A stretch of DNA of 64,000 bases from Candidatus Omnitrophota bacterium (GTDB lineage Bacteria; Omnitrophota; Gorgyraeia; 1-14-0-20-64-10), in contig JACOVG010000024.1 in the NCBI GenBank assembly GCA_016177405.1, positions 71,079 through 135,078 on the forward strand, given 5' to 3'. A program made the position numbers and the translations under genes. Shown piece after piece: positions 15,623-27,700 of the stretch (its first letter is position 1; each line of letters opens with the position of its first letter). Below the pieces are notes generated by a model, which saw nothing but the letters and a program-made list of their open reading frames with translations, did not search any database and had not been told where the DNA came from.

Positions 15623-17091
15623 CCCGCTACATCCTCGCGATAGACCAGGGGACCACCGGCACCCGCGCCATTTTGTTTGACCGAGGCGGGCGGCCGGCGG
15701 CCTGGGCCTACCAAGAGATCAGGCAATATTTCCCAAAACCCGGCTGGGTGGAGCATGATCCCGAGGAGATCTGGGGCTCCACCCTGCGGGTGATCGGCCG
15801 GGCCCTTTCCAAAGCCCGCGTCCCTCCCGCGCGAATCGCCGCCATCGGCATCACCAATCAGCGGGAGACCACCATCCTCTGGGACCGCCGGACCGGGCGC
15901 CCCATCCACCGGGCGATCGTCTGGCAGGATCGCCGGACCGCCCAGATGTGCCGGCGCCTCAAGAAAGAGGGGCCCAGCGTCCAGGAGATCACCGGCCTTG
16001 TGCTTGATCCTTATTTCTCCGGGACCAAGGCCGCTTGGCTTTTAAACCAGGTCCCGGGCGCCCGAGCCAAAGCGGTTTCCGGCCGCTTGGCCTTCGGGAC
16101 CGTGGATTCCTGGCTCCTCTGGAAGCTGACCGGCGGCCAGGTTCACGCGACCGATTTCACCAACGCCTCCCGGACCCTTCTGTATGGACTTCGCAAGGGG
16201 GCCTGGTCTTCCGCGATGCTTAAGCTGTTGGGTGTGCCCAGGGCCCTGCTTCCGGACATCTTTCCCGCCAGCGGCACGTTTGGGGTGACCTCCAAGATCG
16301 GCTCCCTGGCCGGCGGCATTCCGATTTCCGGGATCGCCGGGGATCAGCAAGCGGCCCTCTTTGGGCAGGGCTGCACCGAGGCCGGCCAGGCCAAGAACAC
16401 CTACGGCACCGGATGCTTTCTTCTGATGCACTTGGGCTCGCGGCTCGTTTACTCGAGGCACGGGTTGATCACCACGGCCGCTTGCGATCCCCAGGGACAG
16501 CCATCCTTCGCGCTGGAGGGCTCGGTTTTCATCGCCGGGGCGGCGATCCAATGGCTGCGGGACGGCTTGAAGATCATCGAAAAGGCCCCGCAATCAGAGG
16601 TGTTGGCCCGTTCGGTTCCCGACGCGGGAGGGGTTTATTTTGTGCCGGCCTTCGTCGGGTTGGGCGCCCCCTATTGGCGGCCTGAAGCCCGGGGGCTGAT
16701 CTGCGGGATCACCCGGGGCACCACGCGGGCCCACTTGGCGCGCGCCGCGCTGGAGGCGGTCGCCTGCCAATCCCAGGAGCTGATCGAGGCGATGCGCGGC
16801 GATTCCGGTGTGAGGCTTAAGTTCCTCAAGGTGGACGGCGGCGCGTCGAGGAACAACTTCCTTCTTCAATTCCAGGCGAACCTCTCCGGTGTTCCTGTCG
16901 TGCGCCCTAAGGTCATCGAGACGACCGCTCTGGGGGCCGCCCAGTTGGCGGGCTTGGGGGTCGGCTTCTGGAATGAGAAGGATTTGGCCCGGATGCGCTC
17001 GGTGGATCGAATCTTCAAGCCGGCCTGGAGAAGAAGCCGGCGTCGGGCCGCTCTCGCCGGCTGGAAATCCGCGGTTTCGCGCGCGTTGTGA
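15619..17091 (+). CDS. glpK: glycerol kinase GlpK (start codon non-canonical or uncertain)
   Basis: YILAIDQGTTGTRAILFD phosphate-1 motif, IVWQDRRT, GTGCF and ETTALGAA. The listed TTG at 15673 would delete the essential DQGTT motif. The frame is open back to the stop at 15538-40, with no ATG/GTG/TTG before the motif, so the start is CTG 15619 or ATC/ATA. Confidence 0.8.
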   Translation: MTRYILAIDQGTTGTRAILFDRGGRPAAWAYQEIRQYFPKPGWVEHDPEEIWGSTLRVIGRALSKARVPPARIAAIGITNQRETTILWDRRTGRPIHRAIVWQDRRTAQMCRRLKKEGPSVQEITGLVLDPYFSGTKAAWLLNQVPGARAKAVSGRLAFGTVDSWLLWKLTGGQVHATDFTNASRTLLYGLRKGAWSSAMLKLLGVPRALLPDIFPASGTFGVTSKIGSLAGGIPISGIAGDQQAALFGQGCTEAGQAKNTYGTGCFLLMHLGSRLVYSRHGLITTAACDPQGQPSFALEGSVFIAGAAIQWLRDGLKIIEKAPQSEVLARSVPDAGGVYFVPAFVGLGAPYWRPEARGLICGITRGTTRAHLARAALEAVACQSQELIEAMRGDSGVRLKFLKVDGGASRNNFLLQFQANLSGVPVVRPKVIETTALGAAQLAGLGVGFWNEKDLARMRSVDRIFKPAWRRSRRRAALAGWKSAVSRAL

Positions 17092-18572
17092 CCCGCGACC
17101 CTTCCCATCTCGCCTCCCGAACCTTCGACCTGCTCATCGTCGGCGGCGGGATCATGGGGGCGGGGATCGCCTGGGACGCCGCGTCGCGGGGCCTCTCCTG
17201 CGCCCTGGTGGAGCAGGGGGACTTTGCCGGAGGTGCCTCCTCCAAAACCACCAAACTGATCCACGGCGGCATCCGCTACCTGGAACAGCTCGATTTCGGG
17301 CTGGTGCGCCAATCAATCCGGGAACGCGGGAGGCTTCTTCAGATCGCGCCTCATCTTGTCAAGCCGCTCCCGTTTCTGATTCCGGTTGCGGGTGATTCGC
17401 CGCGCCCTTGGCCATGGGTCTGGGCCGGCGTTACCCTGTATGATTTCCTGGCCGGGGAAAACCGCGTCCGGGCCCGCCGGTTCTTGAACGCGGGAGAAAT
17501 GACCGATGAGGAGCCGGTCCTTTCCGGGGTGCCGGCCGCGCGCGGCGCCCTTTACCACGATGCCCAGATGGACGATGCCCGGCTGGTCCTGGCAGTCCTT
17601 CAGGCCGCCCATGCCGCCGGGGCACAGGCCGTCAACCACTGCTCGGTCGTCCGTTGGATCCTGCAGGCGGGGAAGGTGAGCGGCGCCGAGGTGGAGGATC
17701 GCGTAAGCGGCAGGCGTTACACGGTGAAGGCCGGCGCCGTGGTCAACGCCGCCGGCCCCTGGGTGGATCGCTTGAGGCGTTTGGCCGATCCGGCCGCCCA
17801 GCCCATCGTTCGCCCCTCCAAGGGGATTCACCTGGTCTACCCGGATCTGGGACTGAAGCACGCCCTCCTGCTGGCGGCGCCCCAGGACCACAGGATCTTC
17901 TTTCTGATTCCCTGGCGGAATCTTACCCTGATTGGCACCACCGACACCGATTATTCCGGCGACCCGAGCCAGGCCCAGGCCGCCCCAGAGGACGTGGAGT
18001 ACCTGATGGCTCAAACCAACCGTCTCTTGCCGCGCCTGCGGCTTGAAAAGACAAAGGTGATCTCCACCTTTGCCGGTGTGCGCCCGCTCATGGCACAGGA
18101 AAAGAAGGACCCCTGGGCGGTCGGCCGGGGCCACCTGATCCACGAGGACAAGAATGGCCTAGTGAGTCTGGCTGGCGGAAAGTTCACCACCTTTAGGAGG
18201 GTCGCCGAAGAGGTGGTGGACCTCCTGGCCAAGCGTTTCCCGGAAAAGAAACTGGCTTCCTGCTGTACTGCGCGATCTCCGTTAGGTCAGGCCCTCACGC
18301 CTGGTTCTGTCCAGGCGCCGCCCCTGTGCCCCCACCATCCCTTCACCCAGGAGGATGTCCGCCGCGCAGTCCAGGAAGAGATGGCGGTCACCTTGAGCGA
18401 TCTCCTCTGGCGCCGCCTTCAGGTGGGCCATTCTCCTTGTCATGGCCTGGATGGGCTTCAGGCGGCCGCCGAGACGATGGGCGGCCTCCTGGGCTGGTCC
18501 GCGGGCGAGGTGAACCGGCAGGTGGAGCGTTATCGGCAAGAGGTAGAGGAATCCCGGTCCGCGCTTGGTTAA
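17088..18572 (+). CDS. glpD: FAD-dependent glycerol-3-phosphate dehydrogenase (GlpD/GlpA type)
   Basis: FDLLIVGGGIMGAGIAWDAASRGL dinucleotide-binding motif and KLIHGGIRYLE. The GTG start overlaps the glpK stop. Confidence 0.8.
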   Translation: MTRDPSHLASRTFDLLIVGGGIMGAGIAWDAASRGLSCALVEQGDFAGGASSKTTKLIHGGIRYLEQLDFGLVRQSIRERGRLLQIAPHLVKPLPFLIPVAGDSPRPWPWVWAGVTLYDFLAGENRVRARRFLNAGEMTDEEPVLSGVPAARGALYHDAQMDDARLVLAVLQAAHAAGAQAVNHCSVVRWILQAGKVSGAEVEDRVSGRRYTVKAGAVVNAAGPWVDRLRRLADPAAQPIVRPSKGIHLVYPDLGLKHALLLAAPQDHRIFFLIPWRNLTLIGTTDTDYSGDPSQAQAAPEDVEYLMAQTNRLLPRLRLEKTKVISTFAGVRPLMAQEKKDPWAVGRGHLIHEDKNGLVSLAGGKFTTFRRVAEEVVDLLAKRFPEKKLASCCTARSPLGQALTPGSVQAPPLCPHHPFTQEDVRRAVQEEMAVTLSDLLWRRLQVGHSPCHGLDGLQAAAETMGGLLGWSAGEVNRQVERYRQEVEESRSALG

Positions 18573-18651
18573 TATTTATATATAGCCAGATTTTGACTTG
18601 TTTTTGGCCGGCAGATCGGCCATACTTAAGGTGAAACAGTAAAATGGGATG

Positions 18652-18680
18652 CCGGGCTTAACCCGGAGCCCTTTTTCTTT
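18652..18680 (+). terminator. hairpin plus T-tract (ccggg-cttaa-cccgg agcc CTTTTTCTTT), an intrinsic-terminator-like structure 25 nt upstream of the giant ORF start
   Basis: 5-bp GC stem followed by a T-rich run. Lies between the glpD stop (18572) and the giant gene ATG (18705), downstream of an AT-rich putative promoter region (18573-18650). Confidence 0.4.
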
Positions 18681-18704
18681 CTGGGCTTCTTTGAGCCTTA
18701 AAAG

Positions 18705-21700
18705 ATGAAAAAACTACGATCGCTCATCTCGCTTGCCTTGGCGCTCCAGCTTGCCCTGCCAAACCCTGCCGGAGTTTACCCAGAGCTTAGTCGAAGGGCC
18801 CTGCGCGTTAACCAGCTAAGAGAAGACCCCGCCGGAAAGACCCTTGCCGGTTTGGAAGAAGCCCTTCAGGGGAAGATGTTTTCAACCCCGGTGCCTGGCA
18901 CCAAGATGGCTGAAGGGGCCCGGAGGCAGATGAGCCAGTTCTTCCTGGCGCTGGGAACCTTCCTGCTCCTGTGCGCCGGAGGCAGGGGCGAAGAAGCGGT
19001 TTCGCCCCCGCTTATATCTTCAGCCGGCCCGGTATCCCCTCCATCCGATTCCAGCCAGAGAGCGCGCGGCCTGCTTTCCATCGGTCGAGGGACCTACGAA
19101 GGCGTTCTGAAGTCGCCAGCCAGAAGCTGGGCGGTTGGGGAGTTTGCCGAGAGTTATGAAGAATACGAGAGGATGCTGGCCAAGTTTCCCGACCTCCCGC
19201 CCATGGTCGAAGAGGCCTTGGATTACCTGAAGGAGAACCACCCTGGGATTTATGAGCGGTACGTCTTGCCCGGGATCTCTCGAATCATCCTGGTGGAAGG
19301 GGACATCCTAACCGCTCAAGCGCTGGGAGAGGGGAATGTTCTTCTCGCGGATGCCACCGTGCGGCACCTTCACGCCATGCCCCGCCAGGATCGTCCTCGC
19401 GTTCTCGCGGGAATCTTGGCTCATGAGGCGGTCCACAATACCCATCGCCAAAGAGGGCGTTTCCCCTCCACGAAGGACGAAGAGCCGGCGGACAGCGCTC
19501 TCGCCATGGAAGAGCTCACCGCCTACCTGATTCAGGCAGCCATTCCATTTGCCGAAACCCAACGTCCTGGAGCGATTCAGCCCATGGGGTATCTCATTTT
19601 TCAGGAGGATCTCTTTGGCCTGCGGCATGTTTCCGACGGACATTGGCTTGGGCTTTTCTCCGGGTTGGTGATCGGCCAAGGCGGTCTTTTCTTTCCGGAC
19701 GAGCTGGGCAGGCCCCCGAAGGTCCTCTGGCCGCTGGCCTCTCGGAGGATTCAAGCGCTTGCAAAGATCGAGCGGATGGAGCGGCAGAGGTTTGGAGAGG
19801 AGACGGCCGTTGAATTCCTGATATTCCACAAGGGAGAGGAAGATCCGAGGGCGGTCTATGTGGAGTATCGAATCCGGGAGGTGATCTATCGGCGGAAGGT
19901 TGACGTCAGAAGAGGCGGGAGGACATCGGTTGGGAAACCTGCAGTCGTTTCAAGGGACGCGTCGGTCTTTCATCGGGAGGTTCAAGAGCCATATGAGACA
20001 AAAGGGGGACCTGCCGCGGACCCCAAGGTCCTTAGGGATCTCAAGGCCTTCTTATTGGAGGTTGCCCAGCAGTTGTCAAATGAGCCAAGGACGCCGGCCG
20101 ATCAACGCCTCCTTGAGGTCATCCGTGAGATTCAAAAAAGATTAGAACCCCCCCCGGCGCCGCCCAAGCCCACGGTGCCTGGCAGAAAAGGGCTAGAAAC
20201 CCCCACCGGGCTGGGCAGGGCGGAGACGCAGCCGCCGAACCAGCCGCGGACGTTCTGGGCGGCCCGCGGCAACGGTAAAGTTCCCTTCACCCCAACGGCC
20301 CTCACTCGTAAATCAACTCCTCCGGTGTCTGGCCCCACCGCTGGGCTGGAGGAGGGGACCTCGCTTAAGAGGCGGATGGAGATTGCCAAAGGTCATGGCG
20401 CTCTCTACATCTCATTGATCGATATCTTCTTAAGACCAGGAGATTTGGAGGAGAAAAACCAGAGGGTCGAGCAGCAGATTCGAGACCTCCCCCCCGGATT
20501 TCCGAAAAGCATGAAGGAAGGTTACCTTGAAGGATATCGGAGATTTCTAGGAGGACTTGCAGCTAACCATGCTCTTCTTGAGGATTTTAGACAAGAAGGA
20601 GTCCGCGGACTTCTTTCGCGTCTGGCCTTGAGTTTAGAGGAAGATCCAGCAAGACCTTCGATGAGGATAAAGGCTGTTCGAGGAGTGTTAGAACGGAGTT
20701 TGAGCAGGGAAATGAATGATGCGGATTATCTTCTCACCACGTTCATCGTCTCATCTGGCCTTGAGAAGAAAAAGGATATGAATGAGATCGAACTTGATCT
20801 GCAAAAAGTCTTAGCTCACCCGGTTCGTCAAGGGTCCACACGCCTTTTAGAACCGACGCGGGGTGTTCTCATCGTTGAGGTCCAGGAAGAACTCATTCGT
20901 TTGATGCAAAATCGTGGGCTGCTGCTTTGGGCAGGGGCAGCGTTTTACGTTCCAAGTGAAAGCAATCATTTACCCAATTTTATTATAGTGCCAGACAATT
21001 CTCAGCTTTGGAAAAAGGCCCTGGCAAACGAGAGATACCTTACGGATGACCCTGATGTTCGCCATGAATTTCATCACCTCGTTTGGGATCTCCTCATGCG
21101 CAGCGGGTTCTTAAGAGAAACAAAGGAATCATCGGTGGGCAGGAGTAAAGCCTTTGATGGTTTTAGAGACGAGGTTAGCGCCTATATCGTTGCTGCCAAT
21201 AAACATTTCGCGGGAGTAGAACCAAAGTTACTGAATTATCTGGAGGGGACAGGTGACCTATCCGCAGACGCTCGGAAGGCGACCCGCGATGCGAGGGATT
21301 TTTCCGCCGCCGCTATGGAGATAGCCGAACAGCTAGGCATTCCCCGTTCCGCCTTTCTCTATGCTTCCATGACAGCGAGAAATTTCTCCGAGTTAAAAAG
21401 ACTTTTTGCGGAGTTAACTCCCTTACGCAAGTTGGAAGACCTTGAGGCCTGCGGCTTGCTCTATGCCGCATGGGAGAAATTGAGATATGAAGCGGATGTA
21501 AGCAAATCCATCGGAGATCTGCTTCGGGAGAAAGGGTTACGCGTCGACCCGGCCCTCGCACAAGCGTTTGCCATCCATCACCTCCGATCAGACGAAAAGT
21601 CCTTCCAGCGGTTGGGCGAGCTGGATGAAGAGTTGGGAAGAATTGAGAAGGTCTTTGCGGCATTTGGGTCGAGGCTTCCATCTCGGGAGGGCGTCTTGGA

Positions 21701-24700
21701 AGCCGTCTTTGAAACCCGGCTCCCTCTGCCTCTTGAAACGCGCCAAACCATCCGGACGTTCTCGTTGGGCGAACGGACTGGAATCCCGCTGGGTTTGAAA
21801 CCAGAGGATTTCTTAACGTCCCTCGTCTCCTTCCTTCTCATCGATGATCCCGCCACAGGGAACAGGTTCAGAATATACCAAGCCATCGTTCGCTCTTCAC
21901 CTGTTATGCTGGCGGCCTTCCGAAAGGTTCAGGACGAGATTATTCGTAAGGGGAGTCAGGCTTACCGGATCGAGATGAAGGGGAGGGGGGCATTGGAGGC
22001 CGAGATCAAAACGATATCGGACTGGATAAAACGCTTAGGTGAACCGCCGCCAGCGTTGGACACCCCAGCGCCAGCCACCCCCGCCGGGCTGGAGAAGGTG
22101 GTGAGGGGAAATTTGGCCATGCTAAGGCAGGCGTACCCTCTTATGGAGAGTGCCGTTGTTCCTGAACCATTTGTGAGGGGAGAAAAGAACAGACCCCATC
22201 TCTATTTCGCCCTGAATGGGGCGGGGAAGATCCTCGAAATTAGACAAGATTGGGTGAGTACGGAAGATCGTGCGGCAAAATGGGTTCTGGGGCTTGCCTT
22301 ACGCTGGCCCGCCAAGGGGCCATTTCAACTCAGTACGGCTAAAAGAGATGTTGAAATTATAACGGGTCCAAGCGGCGCTGGCTACTCGAAATTGCCGAAG
22401 CTTTTTCTAGATTCAATAAAGTTGTTTAATCGGGTCCCCTATCCGTTCGCCGCCCTGACACGTTTTTCTCCCGATGAAGCCCAAAAGGAACTGGGCCAGT
22501 TCAAAGGACTGGGGAAGCTGCAGGCGGCGGAAACGTGGGTGGGACATGGCGGCACCAATAGGCGTGAAAAGATCTCGTTGGTGGATCCCCCAGGAAACCT
22601 CTGGTTTATCCATCTTAAGGACGTGATGGTTGAAAAGACGACGCGGGAAGAAAGATTTCTAGAGGGTTCTCTCTTCGTCAGGCAAAGGCAAATCTCTTTG
22701 GGTGAACTTCAGAAACTCATTGCTTCCTCTTCGCTTATCCAGAGGTTTCCCCGATCCCCCGCCGGGCTGGAGGAGGGATGGCTAAAGCGTGCTTTGAAGC
22801 GGTTTGGCTTTGTTTCAGGAAAACCGGTTCTTGAAGACAAGAAAGCGCAAGAAGGCCCACGGGCTGTTGCTGCCAGAGACCTCATTGCTAGGGGTGAGAA
22901 GCCAGAAGGCATCACCGAGGTGGTTGGTTACTTGGAGAGTGTTTTAGAAGAGGAACGGCGGAACGCCCAAATGGCTCTTACCCAGATTGCTGACGATAAG
23001 CAAAATAGCGATCCCGCCAAGGTGAACTTCCTTCGAGCCATGAACAACGCCCAGGTAGTCCAGAAGAGCGTTCCCAATCTCTTTAGGCCGGGCGTTTACC
23101 GTGCAGCTTACGATACCCTTAGAGAACTTGTCTCCTATGGAGAGTTCAATGAGGCATTCATTTCAGTGATTCCCATTTTGGCGGAGAAGCTCTCGTCTTC
23201 AGATGGGGACGTTCGCCTGCCCAGCCTAGCAGTCCTGAATTACCTTGCTGGGTTCGAGAAGTTCGCTGAGGCCATTAAGAAAGCCCGGGTACTGGAAAAG
23301 TGCCTCGCCAACCCCAACCTCTTACGCGATACGGCCAATCTCTACAGGAGACATGATGTTGAGCCGAGTATCTATCTTCTTTTCCTGAATGTGCCTGCCT
23401 ACCTTGGAACATTCAACTCCCGAGTTATCCCTCTACTGGCTGCCGGTTATTCGGATTCGGATCCATTAATCCGCAACGAGGCCAGCAGGGTTCTCCTTCG
23501 GCTTGCCCACTACCTGGAATTGTGGACAGCATACGTCACTCGAGTTATCCCCGCCATCCTGGGCAACCTTATGAATCCAGATGAATCCATCCGCGATTCG
23601 GCCAGGAGCGATCTCCTCGCTTTGGATAGCACACGCCCTTATTATCCGTTCCCCGAGGATGCCGACCTCGACGGACTTCATCAAGCAATCGTCTCCCGCA
23701 TTCCGCCTCCAGTCTTAACGGCCTACCGGCAGGCATGGTTTGATGGCAAGACGCTCAAGGCTTTGGATAATCCATTTAGGTCTGATGCGGTGAATGCGCT
23801 TAGCCAAGATATTTTTAAGAGAGACGCTGGATCGAAGGAGGAACGCCTGCTGCTTCAACTTCTTGGAGAGTTCTCTCCGGAGAAGGCCGCCGAGATCAAG
23901 AGTGTCTTGGAAAAAAGATCACGGGCACCTGGAACCGGCTTGCCAGGTGCCGCCGGGCTGGAGGAGGTGGCCGAAGAACTCAAGGGGCAGACGCTAAAGC
24001 TGCTCAACGACGTGTTTGGCGGCTCTGAAATCAAGCAGGTGACAAGGGAAGCGCTCGGGCGCCTCCAGGAAAGATTCGACAGGGCCCCAAGCGAGGAGAA
24101 GCGCGGCATCCTCGGAAGATTCTGGGAGATCTACCTGCCGTCCCTCCGCAAGCTTGCTCGACAGCGCATCCAAGAGACAGCCGCCACCGCCAGGCCCCTG
24201 CCCCCAGGCCATGTGGAGCCCTCCGTGGTCATCGTTGGACCGGCCGTGAACCTGAACCTCAACATTGGCTGGATGCCGGACCCGGAGGATTCCCAGCGGC
24301 TCGTCGTAGATCCAGGCGCGACCAGTTTGAAGGCCAACGGATCCCCAACGAACGTCATGGAGACCTTGCTGTTTCTGGGGACTCCCTTCCGGTCAATCGG
24401 CATGCGCGGAGCCGATGGGGCGCCGGTTCACCAAATATTCTTTGAGCTCCTCGGGGCCGTAGGGATTGACCCCCAGGAATGGCCCCGTGTCTCCGGGGAT
24501 GTTGATTTCGTCCCCACGATGTCCGCTGGCACGCTGGGGCTTGATTATCGCTTCATCCCGCCTCTCCCTCCCTGGAAGAATGCCGAGTTGTCGAATTACA
24601 CCGGCGCGGTGTCTCGGGTCACTGAAGAGCTCGCCACAGGGGGAAGACCGCACGGGGCCTTGGCGGTGACCAGCCGCGTTCCGGCCAACGCCCCCTCAGA

Positions 24701-27700
24701 CTTTCTCTCGCAGCTCTTTCGGATCGGGAAGAAGGGAGGCCTGTTCGTGGTCTATGATCCCAAGACGAACACCCTGGAGAATCCGGAGATCCGCAGCGCC
24801 ATCGTGGCTGAAGGACCCCACCTCATCACGCCGAACCTGGAAGAGTTCTCTGTGCTGGTCGGCCTTCCTCTCGAAGAGCTTCAGACTCCGGAGCAGATCA
24901 TCGTTGCAGCCCATCGGCTGATCGGACGGCCGAAAACCGATATCCCAATGATCCTAATTTCGCTCGGAGACAGGGGGGCTCTGCTGATCGACAAGGAGCG
25001 TGCAGCCTACGCCAACGTGCCGCCGGTTTCCGTCGTCGGCCCGGGAGGGGCAGGGGACGCCGGTCTGGCCGGTTTGTTGCGCCAATACGCCCAGACGGAG
25101 GCGTCCCAGAGGCCATTCTCCACCCTAAGGGACTCGGAGTTCCTGTCCCTGCTGCGCGCCTACGTCGCCGCTGGGGCCGCGGCGGTCCTGATGCCTGGCG
25201 ATGAGTCTCCCTTCCTGGAGGGTGTCGTTCAAATGGAGCAGCAGGTCCGAACGACGTTCTTCCGGGGAGAGCTTCCTTCAGAACATCTGGCCGGGCTTTT
25301 TACCCCAGTGGAACGCCCTACTGCCCAAAGCCCCTATCAGAACCGGGTGTGGGTACCGCGGCTGGGGCGTTTTTTCTTCGCGGATGAGGAGGTCATCTCT
25401 CCGGACAATGCCGGTTCCGACCTCTACCTGAATTTCATCCTCTCCAACCCGAGTCTCTTTAGGGATAAGACGGTTCTGGAGCCCTTCACCGGTTCCGGTG
25501 TGCTGGCGTACGCCTTGGCGTCGGTTGGGGCCACGGTGGTGGCGACGGATGTCTCTGAATCGGCGATTCGCCTCGCTGAAAGGAACCGCCAGGATTGGCC
25601 GCCGGAAATCCGGGGCCGGGTGACGTTCGGGATCAGCGATGTCTATGGCAATCTGTGGAGAATCACCGCTCTACGTGAATTCGATGTGATGATTGGCAAC
25701 AATCCCACCCAGAGGCAGGATCCTCTGCCTGGGGATGGGGCCTCCTACATGACAAGTGCCGGCGAGCATTTTGAAGTCATCCGGGAGGCCATCACCGGGC
25801 TCGCTGTCCTGCTTAAGCCTGGCGGCAGCGCCTATTTGCAGACCCGTGTTGTTCAGGAGCAGGAGGAACCTCTGCGCCGGCTGACAGCCGAACACCTCAA
25901 GGAGAAACTCCTTCCAGAGGGGTGGGATCTTGAGCCGACCAGCTACGAGGGGATGGGCAGGACCGAGTTGATTCCGCTTGTGATTAACCGCATCTTCCGC
26001 ACCCCCGCCGGGTTGGAAGAGGAGGAGGCGGGTGGACGGGTGAGGGGATGGGCTTTGTCGCTGATTGGCCGCCTGTTTCAATTCCCGAGTCGGCTTGTGA
26101 CAGAGCGGAAACTCATGAAGATCCTGAAAAATCCCAACGATAACCCGTACGAACGACGTTTGGATGCCTTGGAAGTCGTTTCTATCACAGGGGACAAGAG
26201 GTTGCGCGCCAAGTGGGATTCTTCTCCTGGCTGGGATTTGAGTTATCGGGAAGCGGTAATAAAGCACTTGGCCAGGATGGGAAGCAAGAAGCTCGTGCCC
26301 CTGCTTAGGGAAATCCTTCAGGATCCAAAGACAGAAACTGCGGCTGGCGTGGTGGCAGCAAGGGAGATGATCGATTTGGGGGCCACGGACGTGGCGGTTG
26401 CGTACCTTGGTCAGGCGGTGGGGAAAGAAGAAATCCCCCCGCAGAGTCATGAGGATGTTATCAAGGCGTTATGGAAAGAAGAAATCTCGCCGCTGGATTA
26501 TGAGAATGTTATCAGGGCGCTGGGGAAAGCTGGGGGAACCGCGGCGGTGGGGTACCTTGGCAAGGTGGCGGAGAAACTGTGGCTGGGCGATGGCTCGCCC
26601 AGCTACTGGGCGCTTGAGGCACTGGGAAGGATCGGCAGCCAAGAGGCCTTGGACCGCTTAAGGGGATTTGCATCGCACCACAAGGTACAGCTCCTTCGAT
26701 TCATGGCGCAAACTGTGCTGACGGAAATTGAAAATCCGAAGAGGGCGATTCCCTCTCTGAAACAACTGATGTTGGATTCAAGGGTTCCCAATGAATTTAA
26801 GGCCACCGTTCTGGAAAGGATTGCGGAAGGCGGCTCCCCCGACGGGATTGCCTTCGTGGGAGAAATGGCCAGGGATTTGAAGATCACCTCTTTGCGGGAT
26901 AAGGCGGTTGAAGGCCTGGTCAAGAATGGCAGCCCCCAGGCGGTTGGAGAGCTCGCGGAGGTATTGAGGGTTGAGGATGGGATCTCCTCTTTCTGGGCCA
27001 GCACCCTGGAGGGCCTTGCGACGATAAAAACGCCCGAAGCGGTAGCTCTTTTAGGCAGACTGGCAACGGATAAGGGAATGCTGGTTCTTTCCAGGAGTAA
27101 AGTGATTGACCTCTTGCTCAAGGTGGAGAGCCGGCACGCCATACCGCATTTGGCTAAGTTGGCGCAGGAGGAGGGAGAGAACGTCCTCCTGCATGGTGAC
27201 AAGCAAGCTGCCGCTCTAAGACTCATAGAGATCGGCGGCGATGAGGCGCTTCCATACCTTAAGCAAATTGCCAGGAATGGCTGGTCTTGGACTTTGGCCA
27301 TACAGGGGCTTGGAGAAATGGGCGGCGTGGAGGGGCTTGATTTCCTGGCCAGGTTAGCCGTCGATAAAGAGGTTGACCCCAAGAGAAAGGAACGGGCCCT
27401 TTTTCAACTTGCCGATGTGAGCTCTCCCGAAGCGCTCGATTGGTTGAGAAGGGTAGCCATGGATCCTGATCAAGATCCCACCCTGCAAGCTGCGGCGATG
27501 TCGGCCTTGATGCGCGTAATTCCGAGGTCTCTTCCTTATCTGCTCGGTGGGTTGCTGGTTGCGGATGACGAAGGGATTCCATTGGCCATGTTACGGCGGT
27601 TCTCAAAGAAAGATATCCTGGCGGCGGTCAGCCGTGGTTCTCCCGGGCCAGAGAAACTTCTTTGGCTGCCCCCTGTCGGCAGCAAGGTGCCTGTGGCGCT

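Noticed and set aside
18593-18630. TTGACT...CATACT as the promoter of the giant gene
   Set aside because: The -35/-10 spacing is about 22 nt, which is too long. Kept only as a general AT-rich putative promoter region and not as a called feature.
26398-26661. 87-aa + strand ORF (MRTLVRRWGKKKSPRR...) inside the giant gene in another frame
   Set aside because: It is an alternative-frame reading of the tandemly repeated HEAT segment. The repetitive product and the nesting inside a strongly supported ORF indicate an artefact.
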